DNA of 63,338 bases, the filler included, from Octopus bimaculoides (taxonomy: Eukaryota), in the NCBI RefSeq assembly GCF_001194135.2. It is 4 parts of 4 records of this genome, joined end to end, with 100 filler letters (N's around TTAATTAATTAA, not from the genome) between each part and the next. Parts side by side here need not be neighbours in the genome. Positions count along the whole stretch, not along the records: positions 1 to 26,528 come from NC_068984.1; 3 more parts are not named here. One strand, 5' to 3'. The notes under the pieces are model-generated. The model was not told the DNA's origin. It saw only the letters and a list, made by a program, of their open reading frames with translations, and did no database searches. Positions 11,857 through 25,081 of the stretch are shown here, piece after piece. Position numbers and translations under genes: made by a program. The first letter of the stretch is position 1. The number at the start of each line of letters is the position of its first letter.

Positions 11857-12091
11857 TATTTCTTTATTGCCCACAAGGGGCTAAACATAGAGGGGACAAA
11901 CAAGGACAGACAAGGGGATTAAGTCGATTGCATCAACCTCAGTGCGTAACTGGTACTTAATTTATCGATCCCGAAAGGATGAAAGGTAAAGTCGACCTCG
12001 GCGGAATTTGAACTCAGAACGTAACGGCAGACGAAACACCGCTAAGCATTTCGCCCGGCGTGCTAGCGTTTCTGCCAGCTCACCGCCTTAT
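11857..12091 (-). mobile_element. SINE family B, full length
   Basis: TSD AGTTTTTCCACTTTACT at 11840-11856 and 12092-12108. Confidence 0.92.
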
Positions 12092-12301
12092 AGTTTTTCC
12101 ACTTTACTGCTCAATGGCAGGCAAACATTAAATTTGAAAACTTTTTGAAAAGTTTTGAGGCTCAGTGTGACGCGGTTATCAGTAATGACCTGCTACCGAC
12201 TCCTACCTCAAGCTTTGGGTTCCTATAGATGCCATATTTAGCAATGGTTTTACGCTTCCATATTTAGCAATGATTGAGAGAAGCGAAGGCTGTGTAACAA
12301 T

Positions 12302-12675
12302 TGTTGTTGGCACTCCGTCGAGGGTTCCAGTTGATCTGATCAACGGAACAGCCTGCTCGTAAAATTAACGTGCAAGTGGCTGAGCACTCCACAGACACGT
12401 GTACCCTTAACTTAGTTCTCAGGGATATTCAGCGTGACACAGTGTGACAAGGCTGACCCTTTGAATTACAGGCACAACAGAAACAGGAAGTAAGAGTGAG
12501 AGAAAGTTGTGGTGAAAGAATACAGCAGGGTTCGCCACCATCCCCTGCCGGATCCTCGTGGAGCTTTAGGTGTTTTCGCTCAATAAACACACACAACGCC
12601 CGGTCTGGGAATCGAAACCGCGATTCTATGACCGCGAGTCCGCTGCCCTAACCACTGGGCCATTGCGCCTCCACT
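12302..12675 (-). mobile_element. SINE family C, full length
   Basis: TSD CTGTGTAACAAT at 12290-12301 and 12676-12687. Confidence 0.92.
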
Positions 12676-12949
12676 CTGTGTAACAATAAAACTTTATTTA
12701 GCAATGGTTAAGAGAGGCTAAGCTGTGTAACAACAGCACTTTTTTACGGTGGAACTTGAAGTAGATAAAGCTATAAATAATTGCATCAAATTTTGATACA
12801 AAACCAACTGTTGGTTGGGCGATGGCCGATTACATCGACAAGAGTATTTGACCGTTACTTATTTTATCGACCCCCCCCCCGAAAGATTGACAGTTGCTAT
12901 GTCTCAATACTACACAGTGGCTGTTTGAGCATTTCATCCTCGTCGTCAC

Positions 12950-13335
12950 TGTTATGTCTCAAGCTACTGTACTATCTGGCACCTTCGGATGAGCTCTACT
13001 CAACCGCTACACAACTGCTACTCGAATGCTACTCAACACTACTCGACTGCTACTCAACAGCTACTCGACTACTACTCAACAGCTACTCGACTGCTACTCA
13101 ACAGCTACTCGACTGCTACTCAACAGCTACACGACTGCTACTCAACAGCTACTCGACTGCTACTCAACAGCTACTCGACTACTACTCAACAGCTACTCGA
13201 CTGCTACTCAACAGCTACTCGACTGCTACTCAACAGCTACACGACTGCTACGCAACACACCTACCACGGCCAGACTACCTCTATTTATATGTCTTGGGAG
13301 ATCCTACTTCTTCGCCTGGGGGCGTCGACACAACA
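12950..13335 (-). mobile_element. Solo-LTR/TRIM-like repeat with an expanded internal 11/22-bp minisatellite
   Basis: Ends TGTTATGTC...GACACAACA (9-bp imperfect inverted termini), TATAAATAG on the minus strand at 13281-13290, second copy at 59295-59467. Confidence 0.7.
13010..13255. repeat. Minisatellite of alternating ACTCGACTGCT / ACTCAACAGCT units
   Basis: Direct reading; it produces the YSTATQQLLDC ORFs in the track. Confidence 0.92.
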
Positions 13336-14336
13336 ACAAGCAAAGTCGATTCGGCGGTATTTGAACTTAGAGCGTAAAGTGCCGAAAAAATCCCGCTAAG
13401 CATTTTGTCCGGCGAGCTGACGATTCTGTCAGCTCGCCGCCTTAGATAATGCAATAAATAATAGTTTCTAGAATATTCAGTAAAAAAAAAACAAAAAAAA
13501 CTGAGATCGACAAAACAGTCGAAGGCTGTTCGTGGGACTCGATATCACATCTCCCGTAAACATTACAGACGTTCTAACCATTGCACCAAAGTAACACTAA
13601 GAATTTTCTCCCTCCATTTGGGAAATTTTGTTTACTAGAGAGAATTGTATTTTGATTACGTCTTAAGACTTTCGAAACTTCAAATGATATATAGTAAATC
13701 ATTTTGAACGGTGTAAGTTTGTAAGAATTCGTTATTTTATAATAATTAAATATCATTTCTTAGATATCAGTAGAGCTTTGCAACCTTAGCCAATCTCTTC
13801 TGTATCCGTTTCCATTCTATCCATTATCAATAATGAGATCTCTTATACATCTGAAGAGAACTTAAGAGTTTCGGCACGAGAAACATCACATCTTGAACGT
13901 ACCAGCTTTTAGCATTACAAGTTTTTTCACACGCTAACTAGGGAACTGCTACGCAGACGTTCTACTACTAGACATAGCAGACAATCCTCTTACCACATTA
14001 AGAAGATACTTCCGATGATGTATTTCTAACGAAACTTAATTTAAAACGAGAAAGAACAAGCAAGATGGGATAGTCACGACTACAATGTCGTGATCATAGA
14101 TTTGCCTAAGTAGTACTTACCTAAAGCTAAAAAAAACCATAGTAACAATCGGCTATTAATGTCACTTTTTCCGTATCGTAAATTTGTCTCAATAGCAACA
14201 GCTCACTCAGCATCATTAAGTGTTAGCATATCGATAATCTCCAGACTTTTAATGGGTTGTTTTTTGACATTTCAGATTCATTCTTCTTTGATTCTAGAAC
14301 ATAAACAAAATGATCTTTAATTCTACATCGTTACAT

Positions 14337-14568
14337 ATTCTTTTATTCTTTTATTCTTTTATTCATTTACTTGTTTCAAGTCTATTGACTGAGACCGTGC
14401 TGGGGCACCGCCTTAAAGGATTTTAGTCGAAGAAATCGACCGCAGGGCTTATTCTTTGTAAGCCTAGTACATATTGTTTCGGTCTCTTTTTCTGAAACGG
14501 TAAGTTACGGGGGCGTAAACACACCAACACCGGTTGTTACGTGATACTAGGGAGGGGGTGGAACAAAC

Positions 14569-14623
<55 letters not shown>

Positions 14624-14785
14624 ACGGGTTTCTTTCAGTTTCTGTCTACCAAATCCACTCTCAAGGCTTTGGTCAGCCCGAGGCTATAGTAGAAGATATT
14701 TGCCCGAGGTGCCACGTAGTGAGATTGAACCCGGAACCATGTGGTTGGGAAGCAAGCTTCTTACCACACAGCCACGCCCGCGCCT
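14337..14785 (-). mobile_element. SINE family A, full length
   Basis: Head, CORE-like region, internal (CA)n and 3' part all present. Confidence 0.9.
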
Positions 14786-15078
14786 GGCAAAAAAAAAAAA
14801 GAAAAAGCATCGACTCTTCCTGGTTTTTGTCTGAAGTCATCAGTCCTCGATTAGTACATCCAGTCAAAGTCAGGAGATTTTTCTGTGTCCTTCCTGAAAT
14901 GTTATCAGCAGTGTGATCGATAAATACGTAAAATAGAAACGCTGAAAAAATAGTTTGCGTCTATCGTAATTTGATGAGAGTTATCGTTAGCATATCTCAA
15001 AATCATTTCCATATCCATCAGTTCGACGAAATCGCACATCCTATCTTCTACGGTTATTTCTAATGACTTCCGTCTGTG

Positions 15079-15113
15079 TCATCATCATCATCATCATCAT
15101 CATCATTATCATT

Positions 15114-15152
<39 letters not shown>
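15079..15152. repeat. (CAT)n microsatellite
   Basis: Direct reading. Confidence 0.95.
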
Positions 15153-15933
15153 GTTCTCTTTTGACTTCTATCCTCCATGCTGGGCATGGCGTAAACGGTT
15201 TGATAGTATTCGGCGGGTCCGAGGACAGCATCGTGAACCAACGTCTGCTTTGACATGGTTTCTACGACCAGATGCCCAACCTAAAGCCAACCATTTTACA
15301 GAGTGTATTGGGTGCTTTTTTTTTTTTACTTTCTTTTCGTGACACCAACACCAGTGAGATCGTTATCCAGCCTGCAAGACTAAGATTCCTTTCAAACAAA
15401 TGGAATTACAGTAGAGAGGGAGCTGGTTTATACCAGGTGATGAGAGGTTAAATCATGAAAGATGGGTCCGGAGAAGAACAGGTTTCTTGCCATGTGACAG
15501 TTATATAGTTTTGAAAAAAAAACGGTCATGAATAGCGAAGTCTAGTCTTGTTCCACATTGCCCATTTTCTATTAAAGATCTTGTACACGCACGAACCGAG
15601 AAATAAATAAATAAATAATCTGTACAGCCCAGATTGTTTTTGTTTTTGTATTTTGCTGCCTGCTCAATACTGACTGAGCAGATCTATGAACAGAGTTTTC
15701 TAGCCACGACCATGCAATGCATCCATGGCTGTAATTCAAACTGTGTTCTTTTGTTTTTTAAGGATGATAGTGTAATTTGAAAGACTTTGGCTGTTAATTC
15801 TAGCAAGATGAGTGATCATGTAAAGGCTTCTTCGAATGATTATTTGTTAGTATGTGTGTGTGTGTGTGTGTGTGTGTANNNNNNNNNNNNNNNNNNNNNN
15901 NNNNNNNNNNNNNNNNNNNNNNNNNNNNNNNNN

Positions 15934-15991
<58 letters not shown>

Positions 15992-16486
15992 AAATTCGCG
16001 TAATAGACATATGAACCTGTGAAGTTTATCTATTTCCCCGTAGACAGAAAAATATGATGAACAATCTCAATCGATTTTCGATCCTTATTGGAATCTCATC
16101 AGAGGTGGCTACATCACCTGATAAATCCCAGCGAAACGAACAACTATTCTGTGTATATACGCATCTAATCAAGTAGTTCAAGGGAACTGAACCTACTAAT
16201 TTGCAATTAATATTAAATGCCTGTCAACGGGGAACCCAGTGCACAAAGTAACAAGGTGTGATATAAAATATGTAAACCTATAATAGCAGATTCATTAGCC
16301 TAGACGGGAAGTTAATTTCTGATGAAATCTCAATATGAGTATAAGTCGTCCTGCTGATTCCTCGCTTTCCCTGTCCTCTATGAGTTTATATAAAATGACA
16401 GCAGTTTACGACTCCCTTCTGTATTTAATTAAGTTTAATTTGCACACGTAAAACCTCTAATTCATTGGTTTATTCTGTAGTCCATT

Positions 16487-16863
16487 GTTGTTGGCACCCC
16501 GTCGCTTACGACCTCGAGGGTTCCAGTTAATCTGATCAACGGAACAGCAAGCTCGTGAAATTAACGTGCAAGTGGCTGAGCACTCCACAGACACGTGTAC
16601 CCTTAACGTAGTTCTCGGGGAGATTCAGCGAGACACAGTGTGACAAGGCTGACCCTTTGAATTACAGGCACAACAGGAAGTAAGAGTGAGAGAAAGTTGT
16701 GGTGGAAGAGTACAGCAGGGTTCACCACCATCCGCTGCCGGAGCCTTGTGGAGCTTTAGGTGTTTTCGCTCAATAAACACTCACAACGCCCGGTCTGGGA
16801 ATCGAAACCGCGATCCTATGACCGCGAGTCCGCTGCCCTAACTACTGGGCCATTGCGCCTCTA
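16487..16863 (-). mobile_element. SINE family C, full length
   Basis: TSD CTGTAGT(C/A)CATT at 16475-16486 and 16864-16875. Confidence 0.92.
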
Positions 16864-17884
16864 CTGTAGTACATTACAACAGGAATAAAATCAAAAATGA
16901 ACACTGCCCAAGCTCTAGTAATTCAGTAATGTTTAAAATTCTTTACAAAAACGACTGAGAGTCACTCCAGTTATAGCAATTATAAACAGAATAAAGGACA
17001 TCTACATTATTTTGCCATTTTTTAAAGATTAAGTTGTCCTCATTCCTTAGATTTTCGGCTCATTTCTGTACAACATTAAAGTAATTTGATATTGCTATGT
17101 TAATTATTTATACGTTATTGATATTTTTGCCATGGTGAGTGATGACAACCTTATTATCTTTTATTGTGTCTATAATGGAGAGTGATGACAATCTTATCTT
17201 TACTGTAGCGATTATTACATCGAGATAAGAAGATTTCTATCCTTGCACCAAGAGAACGTGAAGGAACAGAAGAATCAGAGCTGGGGCGAGATTTCTTATG
17301 ATTCAGAAGTTGTATGTCTTCTTTAATTTATGTCTTTTTAAATTATGTCTTATGTATGCTATGTATTCCTACACACACACACACACACACACGTCATATA
17401 TATTTAATTATGTCTTTATATATGTCATATATATNNNNNNNNNNNNNNNNNNNNNNNNNNNNNNNNNNNNNNNNNNNNNNNNNNNNNNNNNNNNNNNNNN
17501 NNNNNNNNNNNNNNNNNNNNNNNNNNNNNNNNNNNNNNNNNNNNNNNNNNNNNNNNNNNNNNNNNNNNNNNNNNNNNNNNNNNNNNNNNNNNNNNNNNNN
17601 NNNNNNNNNNNNNNNNNNNNNNNNNNNNNNNNNNNNNNNNNNNNNNNNNNNNNNNNNNNNNNNNNNNNNNNNNNNNNNNNNNNNNNNNNNNNNNNNNNNN
17701 NNNNNNNNNNNNNNNNNNNNNNNNNNNNNNNNNNNNNNNNNNNNNNNNNNNNNNNNNNNNNNNNNNNNNNNNNNNNNNNNNNNNNNNNNNNNNNNNNNNN
17801 NNNNNNNNNNNNNNNNNNNNNNNNNNNNNNNNNNNNNNNNNNNNNNNNNNNNNNNNNNNNNNNNNNNNNNNNNNNNNNNNNNNA

Positions 17885-18164
17885 TAGCTCCACGAGGCTC
17901 CGGCAGGGGATGGTGGCGAAGCCTGCTGTACTCTTCCACCACAACTTTCTCTCACTCTTACTTCCCGTTTCTGTTGTGCCTGTAATTCAAAGGGTCAGCC
18001 TTGTCACACCGTGTCACGCTGAATCTCCCTGAGAATTACGTTAAGGGTACACGTGTCTGTGGAGTGCTCAGCCACTTGCGCGTTAATTTCACGAGCAGGC
18101 TGTTCCGTTGATCGGATCAACTGGAACCCTCGTCGTCGTAAGCGACGGAGTACCAACAACAACA
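17885..18164 (+). mobile_element. SINE family C 3' portion (5' end lost in a gap)
   Basis: Reverse complement of 16487-16770. Confidence 0.9.
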
Positions 18165-18404
18165 GGCGTAGACGGCAGGGCTTAGTGTTATGGGGATTGA
18201 TTTGGCTCATGATCGTAAGATCGTTTGTTCGATTCCTGTAATGCGTTGTGTACAAATTATTTTTTGTCAGCTGAGTGGACGTGAAATGAAGAGCAACGTG
18301 AAATAAAAGGTCTTGCTCAAGGAAACAACCCGTTGCCGGGTATCAAACTCATCACCTTGCACTTTTTGGCCGAATACACTAACCACAACGCCACGCGCCT
18401 TCAC
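18165..18404. mobile_element. Two diverged SINE family D pieces in opposite orientation
   Basis: Plus head at 18165-18250 and minus copy at about 18262-18404, similar to 42635-42780. Confidence 0.55.
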
Positions 18405-18518
18405 TCTAAGTAAGTATAAATATTACCTATTAGTATTAATACCACGTCTGTCGCAATTAATTATTCTTTAATAAGCTCAGTGACTATTTGCAACACCACT
18501 GCATGAATAATCACTGAG

Positions 18519-18558
<40 letters not shown>

Positions 18559-18789
18559 TGACGGAGGAATCGGTGTTATCTCTAGCCAGGGGTTCTGTCA
18601 TTGATTAGGGCAAGTAAAGCTGAAATCGCATGATATGGCAGTCTTGGTGGCGATAACTGAGAATTACCCCCCCCCCCCCCCCGCTAGCGATATAAATACG
18701 AGTGCTTATATGCACGACGTGTCCATATGAGAGGTTCTCTCATGGCAAATATTCTATGTTCTAGCGCAACATTAACTTTTAAGTAGGAA

Positions 18790-18918
<129 letters not shown>

Positions 18919-19139
18919 TACTCTGTTTATCATTTTGTCCACGTTTTTTTGCAACGTCCTGTACCCAAATATGCATCTATATATACATGTAGATGTAGGT
19001 ATGTACATACATGTACGTATATATGCATATACTCATTTATTATTTGTATTACATGATCGAACATCTGTAGTAATGCCCTTTTATTTGTACGATTTTTTCG
19101 GGAACAATAATAGCAACACTGTTAATAGAAGCAGGTAAG

Positions 19140-19450
19140 CTCAACGACACTTTCAAGGGAAATTTCAGTCGTCGACAAAGATCAGCTGAACTCTCTATGC
19201 CGGAGAACTTTCAACTCAAGTATTATGGATGACTTCTTTGGCATTGCCAAATTTCCATAGCACATCATTGCCCGTGGACATCTTCTGTAGTACTGCGAAA
19301 CTTTCATAGTACAGTATTACTTCTGCTAGCACTTCTGAACCAGGTATAAATCTCTGGCTACGCAGTACCATCGGGAGCAAAATTGGCTCGATATAAACCT
19401 CGGTATGTAGGCTAGCGATCTCAGACAGGCAATAAAAATGTCCTGTAAAC
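19140..19450 (+). mobile_element. Degenerate L1/Tx1 ORF2 C-terminal fragment
   Basis: VVDKDQLNSLCRRTFNSSIMDDF aligns with GVDDNQLTILFRRTFGPRPMDNY at 52215-52430 (-); multiple stops. Confidence 0.5.
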
Positions 19451-19855
19451 AAAACTGTGATTGGCATTTGTAGCTTTAAAAGCACACAGCAACAAATGGC
19501 GCATAAATGTCACACTATAAATATTAAAGGAGGAAATGACATCATTTATTTTAATTTTTATCTTTCATTTTTATTGATCTATTTATTTATTTATTTATTT
19601 ATTTATTTATTTCGGGTTCTGTTATCAACAGGTTGCAGTCTGAATTCCACGATCGTTTTTTTTTATGAGCCCTACATATATGTGTTCGGACAGGGATTAT
19701 ATCACCGACCTTGCATAAGTGGCCGTATATCACACGAGTTGCTGTGGTTACAAATGAGATCATAGTGACATTTCATATTCAACAAGTATGTCAGTAAATC
19801 ATTTCTTAGACTATTAGTTGGCTTGTGTACAACACATAGTAATTTTGCATTACTG

Positions 19856-19893
<38 letters not shown>

Positions 19894-20084
19894 ATGGTGT
19901 ATATACACACATGTTTATATTACTGATATGTGTGTGTGTGTGTGTGGTGTGTATATACATACATGTTTATATTATATGTGTGTGTGTGTTTATACACACA
20001 AATACACATACACACACAATTTGTGCTCTGTTATTTTTGTCATGTTAGACTTATGTGCAATCTTGTGGCCTGTGTCTGTATTAA

Positions 20085-20815
20085 AGCTATTAATAGAATC
20101 GTTAGAGCGTCAAATGAATTAGCTTGAGGTATTTGTACCACTTCTTCGTTCCCGGTTCAAATTCCACCGAGGAGATCAACTTCACCTTTCAGCCTTCAGT
20201 GATCTATAAAATTAGTTACCAGTCAGAAACTAGGGTCAACGTAATATCCCCAACTCCTTCCTTCAAATTTCAGTCATTTTGCCTGCGATAGAGTCAATCG
20301 ATGGCAGTAAATTTTCACAGTCGTTAGAGGATCGGCATTTGTTCTGTATCATTGCTTTGTAAGTTCAAATTCCCGCTGATGTCAAACGATGCCTTTCAAC
20401 CTTTCGGAATCGAGAAAATAATGAACCAATCAAGTACTGGTGTCATTCGTATCAACTAACCCGATACCTCAACATTTCAGGACTTGTACCTATATTGATT
20501 TCAAATTTTTGCACAAGACCAGTAATTTCGGGAGAGAGTGTTGGTCGATTACATCCACCCTACTGTTCAACTGGTTCTCCAGTAATTTAATTACTAAACA
20601 GGAATGAAAGGCAAAGTCGGTATTTGAACTCAGAAGGTAAAAACGAACGAAATCCTGCCAAATATTTTGTCTGACATACTAATGACTATTCCAGCTCGCT
20701 ACCTAGGGCCTTGTACCTGTCCTACAAACAATAATATAGGGCAGTGGGCAATGGAAGTATCGTTAGAGCGATGGGATAAAAATGCCTGCAGAATCTGTTC
20801 CGGCTATTTATATTC
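20085..20815. mobile_element. Cluster of old SINE family B copies on both strands
   Basis: Repeated TTCAAATTCC / CCTTTC / AGTACCAG motifs; minus copy at about 20508-20705. Confidence 0.6.
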
Positions 20816-21193
20816 TAAATTCACATTTCACTGAGGGATTCTATAGTGCGATTTAAACTAAATAGCATAATAACTATTGTAGTATTTAAAAAGCCATGTG
20901 CATCCTTACACATCGAAAGAGAAAACTGCGAAGAGAACTCATGTATTATAGTCTTTTCACTACTATTCATAGTTAGAAATATTCCAGAGTACATATAGAA
21001 AAAGAAAAACATAAAACAAAATTAGTGAGTTGATTCATAACTTATTTAATTACGTCATCTCAGTGAAGACTATGGCCAGATTAGGCAAGCCAAGCCTGAT
21101 AAGTTTTCTAATTCTTAATTGAAGTACGTTTGACAATTGAATAATTTATGAACCAGATCAACTCTAGCGTTTTTTCATGTGTGTGTGTGTGTG

Positions 21194-21428
21194 TTATTTC
21201 TTTACTACCCACAAGGGGATACACGCAGAGGAGACAAACAAGGACAGACAAACGGATTAAGTTGATTATATCGACCCCAGTGCGTAACTGGCACTTATTT
21301 AATCGACCCCGAAAGGATTAAAGGCAAAGTCGATCTCGGTGGAATTTGAACTCAGAATGTAGCGGCAGACGAAATACCGCTAAGCATTTCGCCCGGCGTG
21401 CTAACGTTTCTGCCAGCTCGCCGCCTTA
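21194..21428 (-). mobile_element. SINE family B, full length, in (GT)n
   Basis: Near-identical to 11857-12091. Confidence 0.92.
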
Positions 21429-21586
<158 letters not shown>

Positions 21587-22123
21587 ATTTATGTATGACG
21601 GTCTCTCCCGTCGAAGACGTCGTATGAGTGTTCAGTAAGAGCACAAAAACTCCCAACCAATAGACAATCATAAAACACACTTACTCTACTATTACTACCA
21701 TTCACTAATGCTTACAATTCATTCACTTCACCTGGTGACTCATCAGGTGAATCCTCAGGCCACCAAAAGCAATACGGATATGAGTATGAGTATGACTTAG
21801 TAATCCAGCAAATGATCTAGCTGAGGTATCACAATGTGGACAATGGTGGTTTGCAGGAAGACAGTTGTACTGTTAGTTCCCCTCCCCCTGCTTCCATCTT
21901 ATCTGCTCTTGGTGCAGTACTCTTTGTGTTTCGAAATCTTGAAGCTGGAAAAAGCACTCTCTCTCCTCCAGTGTGCACGGTTTCTTGCAAGATTCTTAAA
22001 GTTTTCTTTCCTAATATTCAGGCGTTTCAGATTATCGCTTAATCTGTCCTTATACAGACATACGCTCATATACATACATACATACATACATACATACATA
22101 CACGCATACATACCTACATACAT

Positions 22124-22156
<33 letters not shown>

Positions 22157-22169
22157 TGTATATGTGTCT

Positions 22170-22272
22170 ATGTGTTTGTCCCCCCAACGTCGTTTGACAA
22201 CCGATGCTGGTGTGTTTACGTCCCTGTAACCTAGCGGTTCAGCAAAAGAACCGATGGAATAAGTACTAAAAG
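22170..22272 (+). mobile_element. SINE family A internal fragment
   Basis: TTTGACAACCGATGCTGGTGTGTTTACGTC motif. Confidence 0.75.
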
Positions 22273-22418
22273 AATATATATATATNNNNNNNNNNNNNNN
22301 NNNNNNNNNNNNNNNNNNNNNNNNNNNNNNNNNNNNNNNNNNNNNNNNNNNNNNNNNNNNNNNNNNNNNNNNNNNNNNNNNNNNNNNNNNNNNNNNNNNN
22401 NNNNNNNNNNNNNNNNNN

Positions 22419-22450
<32 letters not shown>

Positions 22451-22584
22451 AAGGTTCTTCGACCTAAGGCCTGACATCCAGAATTTTGAACTGCCGTTGC
22501 TTAAGGTCCAATTAAAACATACGTATTTTCTCATGAAATTTCTATGCGTGAGTCAACTAAGACAGCTTCAGAACGGTCATACGA

Positions 22585-22770
22585 CGTTCTAGAAATAGCA
22601 GCTAACTCTCCCACGAATGTCTTAAATAATCACAGGGAACATTACCTAATCAACTTCTAAATATACATAAAAAGTCGGGAATGGTCGCAATTAGAAGGTC
22701 CTTTGATCTCATGTCTGCTCTATCAGTATTGACTATAGCCTAATCGGCAAAAACATCATCACCACCAATA
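22585..22770 (+). mobile_element. Old dispersed retroposon 3' fragment (also about 13975-14140 and 28040-28205)
   Basis: Shared CTAGAAATAGCAG...GGATGGTC...TTTGATC...GACCTGGGG.TAAA order followed by CAA/CAC tails; highly diverged. Confidence 0.4.
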
Positions 22771-23352
22771 ACAATGACATCCACAATATCTGGTTGTGTT
22801 GCTACGTTAGAAATCAATATTTTAAATATATAACAAGAAAGTTTATATTAATTGCATATACTATAACTAGATGGACTGACCGTCTGTTGCATGACCGTAT
22901 GGTTAACCTGTTTGCCGCACAATCATGCTGGCCTTGGTCCAATCCAACAGCGTGATATCTTGGGTAAACGCATTGCCTCAAGGCCTCCGGTCGACTTGAA
23001 TCTTATAAGTGAAGCTGAGTAAACAGAAGCCCAGCAGATTGATATTATCTGTAATCAAAGGTACAACCTTGTCAGACGGTGTGGCATTGATTTTAGTTGA
23101 GTGTTATTAATTACGTTAACAGATCGCATCTGTGAAATACCCAGCCACTTGCACGCTAATACAATCCGCAGACGAATCTGCTGATTGAACAATTGAATAG
23201 TCATCGTGGACACCGACGGAGTTCCATTTACTTTTGCATTAAATTTAAGTAAATAATCCATGTATTAGAAACCATTAAAATGATTGCTTAACTCAGAAGT
23301 AGACTTACATTGTGATGTCGATGGTTTTAGTAACGAGGCATTTGAAGGGGGA

Positions 23353-23430
<78 letters not shown>
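23353..23430. repeat. (AAT)n microsatellite
   Basis: Direct reading. Confidence 0.95.
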
Positions 23431-23432
<2 letters not shown>

Positions 23433-23823
23433 AGTTTTCAATGTTCTCCGGCAATCTTGGATAAAGCCAGGAAGCAATTATATTTTGTAGTTATTCATTT
23501 TTATAGAATTGTAAAATAGAAAAGAAAAAATTGATAAATAAAATTTGAATGTCAACGATTAGAGAGAAACTATGCGAATGACAATGCTCACTAATCTAAA
23601 ATAGATTTGATTTGATCTCAAATACCATCTTAAAACATATTTTTATTTAATGAATGGGAAAAAAAAATGCAGATTTTGATCAGAGAAAATGCTTCCGTTA
23701 TTCATTTACATCCAGTTACTGTGGAAAATATATGCAGGAATGTGGCTACGTTAAATAAGTCGTACTTTTTCACTGGTTTCAATCAATGAACAACGGTTAT
23801 GCTTCGACACTGTCTTTAAAGGT

Positions 23824-23867
<44 letters not shown>

Positions 23868-23869
<2 letters not shown>

Positions 23870-24062
23870 CTTTTATTCTTTTACTTGTTTCAATCATTCG
23901 ACTGCGGCCACGCTGGAGCACCGCCTATTAGTCGAACAAATCGACCCCAGGATTTATTCTTTCTAAACCTAGTACTTATTCTATCAGTTTCCTGATAGAA
24001 TGGGGACGTAAACACACCAACATCGGTTATCAAGCAATAGTGAGAGGACAAACACAGACGCA
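23868..24062 (-). mobile_element. SINE family A 3' half
   Basis: Consensus match up to the (ACAT)n tract and gap. Confidence 0.85.
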
Positions 24063-25043
24063 CAAATACATACATACATACATACATACATACGTNNNNN
24101 NNNNNNNNNNNNNNNNNNNNNNNNNNNNNNNNNNNNNNNNNNNNNNNNNNNNNNNNNNNNNNNNNNNNNNNNNNNNNNNNNNNNNNNNNNNNNNNNNNNN
24201 NNNNNNNNNNNNNNNNNNNNNNNNNNNNNNNNNNNNNNNNNNNNNNNNNNNNNNNNNNNNNNNNNNNNNNNNNNNNNNNNNNNNNNNNNNNNNNNNNNNN
24301 NNNNNNNNNNNNNNNNNNNNNNNNNNNNNNNNNNNNNNNNNNNNNNNNNNNNNNNNNNNNNNNNNNNNNNNNNNNNNNNNNNNNNNNNNNNNNNNNNNNN
24401 NNNNNNNNNNNNNNNNNNNNNNNNNNNNNNNNNNNNNNNNNNNNNNNNNNNNNNNNNNNNNNNNNNNNNNNNNNNNNNNNNNNNNNNNNNNNNNNNNNNN
24501 NNNNNNNNNNNNNNNNNNNNNNNNNNNNNNNNNNNNNNNNNNNNNNNNNNNNNNNNNNNNNNNNNNNNNNNNNNNNNNNNNNNNNNNNNNNNNNNNNNNN
24601 NNNNNNNNNNNNNNNNNNNNNNNNNNNNNNNNNNNNNNNNNNNNNNNNNNNNNNNNNNNNNNNNNNNNNNNNNNNNNNNNNNNNNNNNNNNNNNNNNNNN
24701 NNNNNNNNNNNNNNNNNNNNNNNNNNNNNNNNNNNNNNNNNNNNNNNNNNNNNNNNNNNNNNNNNNNNNNNNNNNNNNNNNNNNNNNNNNNNNNNNNNNN
24801 NNNNNNNNNNNNNNNNNNNNNNNNNNNNNNNNNNNNNNNNNNNNNNNNNNNNNNNNNNNNNNNNNNNNNNNNNNNNNNNNNNNNNNNNNNNNNNNNNNNN
24901 NNNNNNNNNNNNNNNNNNNNNNNNNNNNNNNNNNNNNNNNNNNNNNNNNNNNNNNNNNNNNNNNNNNNNNNNNNNNNNNNNNNNNNNNNNNNNNNNNNNN
25001 NNNNNNNNNNNNNNNNNNNNNNNNNNNNNNNNNNNNNNNNNNN

Positions 25044-25081
<38 letters not shown>

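Larger units (their letters stand above)
12815..13444 (-). mobile_element. SINE family B split by an LTR-like insertion
   Basis: The consensus GAAAGGATGAAAGGCAAAGTCGA is interrupted between about 12890 and 13336. Confidence 0.75.

Noticed and set aside
12781-13399. 198-aa, 136-aa and 112-aa ORFs with YSTATQQLLDC repeats
   Set aside because: They are translations of an 11/22-bp minisatellite inside a dispersed repeat that lacks stops in several frames; the second copy has only about 3 units.
19216-19485. Minus ORF with AEVILYYESF, resembling the dynein heavy chain AEVILYSEGF
   Set aside because: Only a short word matches and there are no flanking dynein motifs. The opposite strand is better explained as a Tx1 ORF2 remnant.
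21728-21752. CTGATGA-containing hairpin on the minus strand
   Set aside because: No GAAA follows stem II, so it is not a supportable hammerhead.
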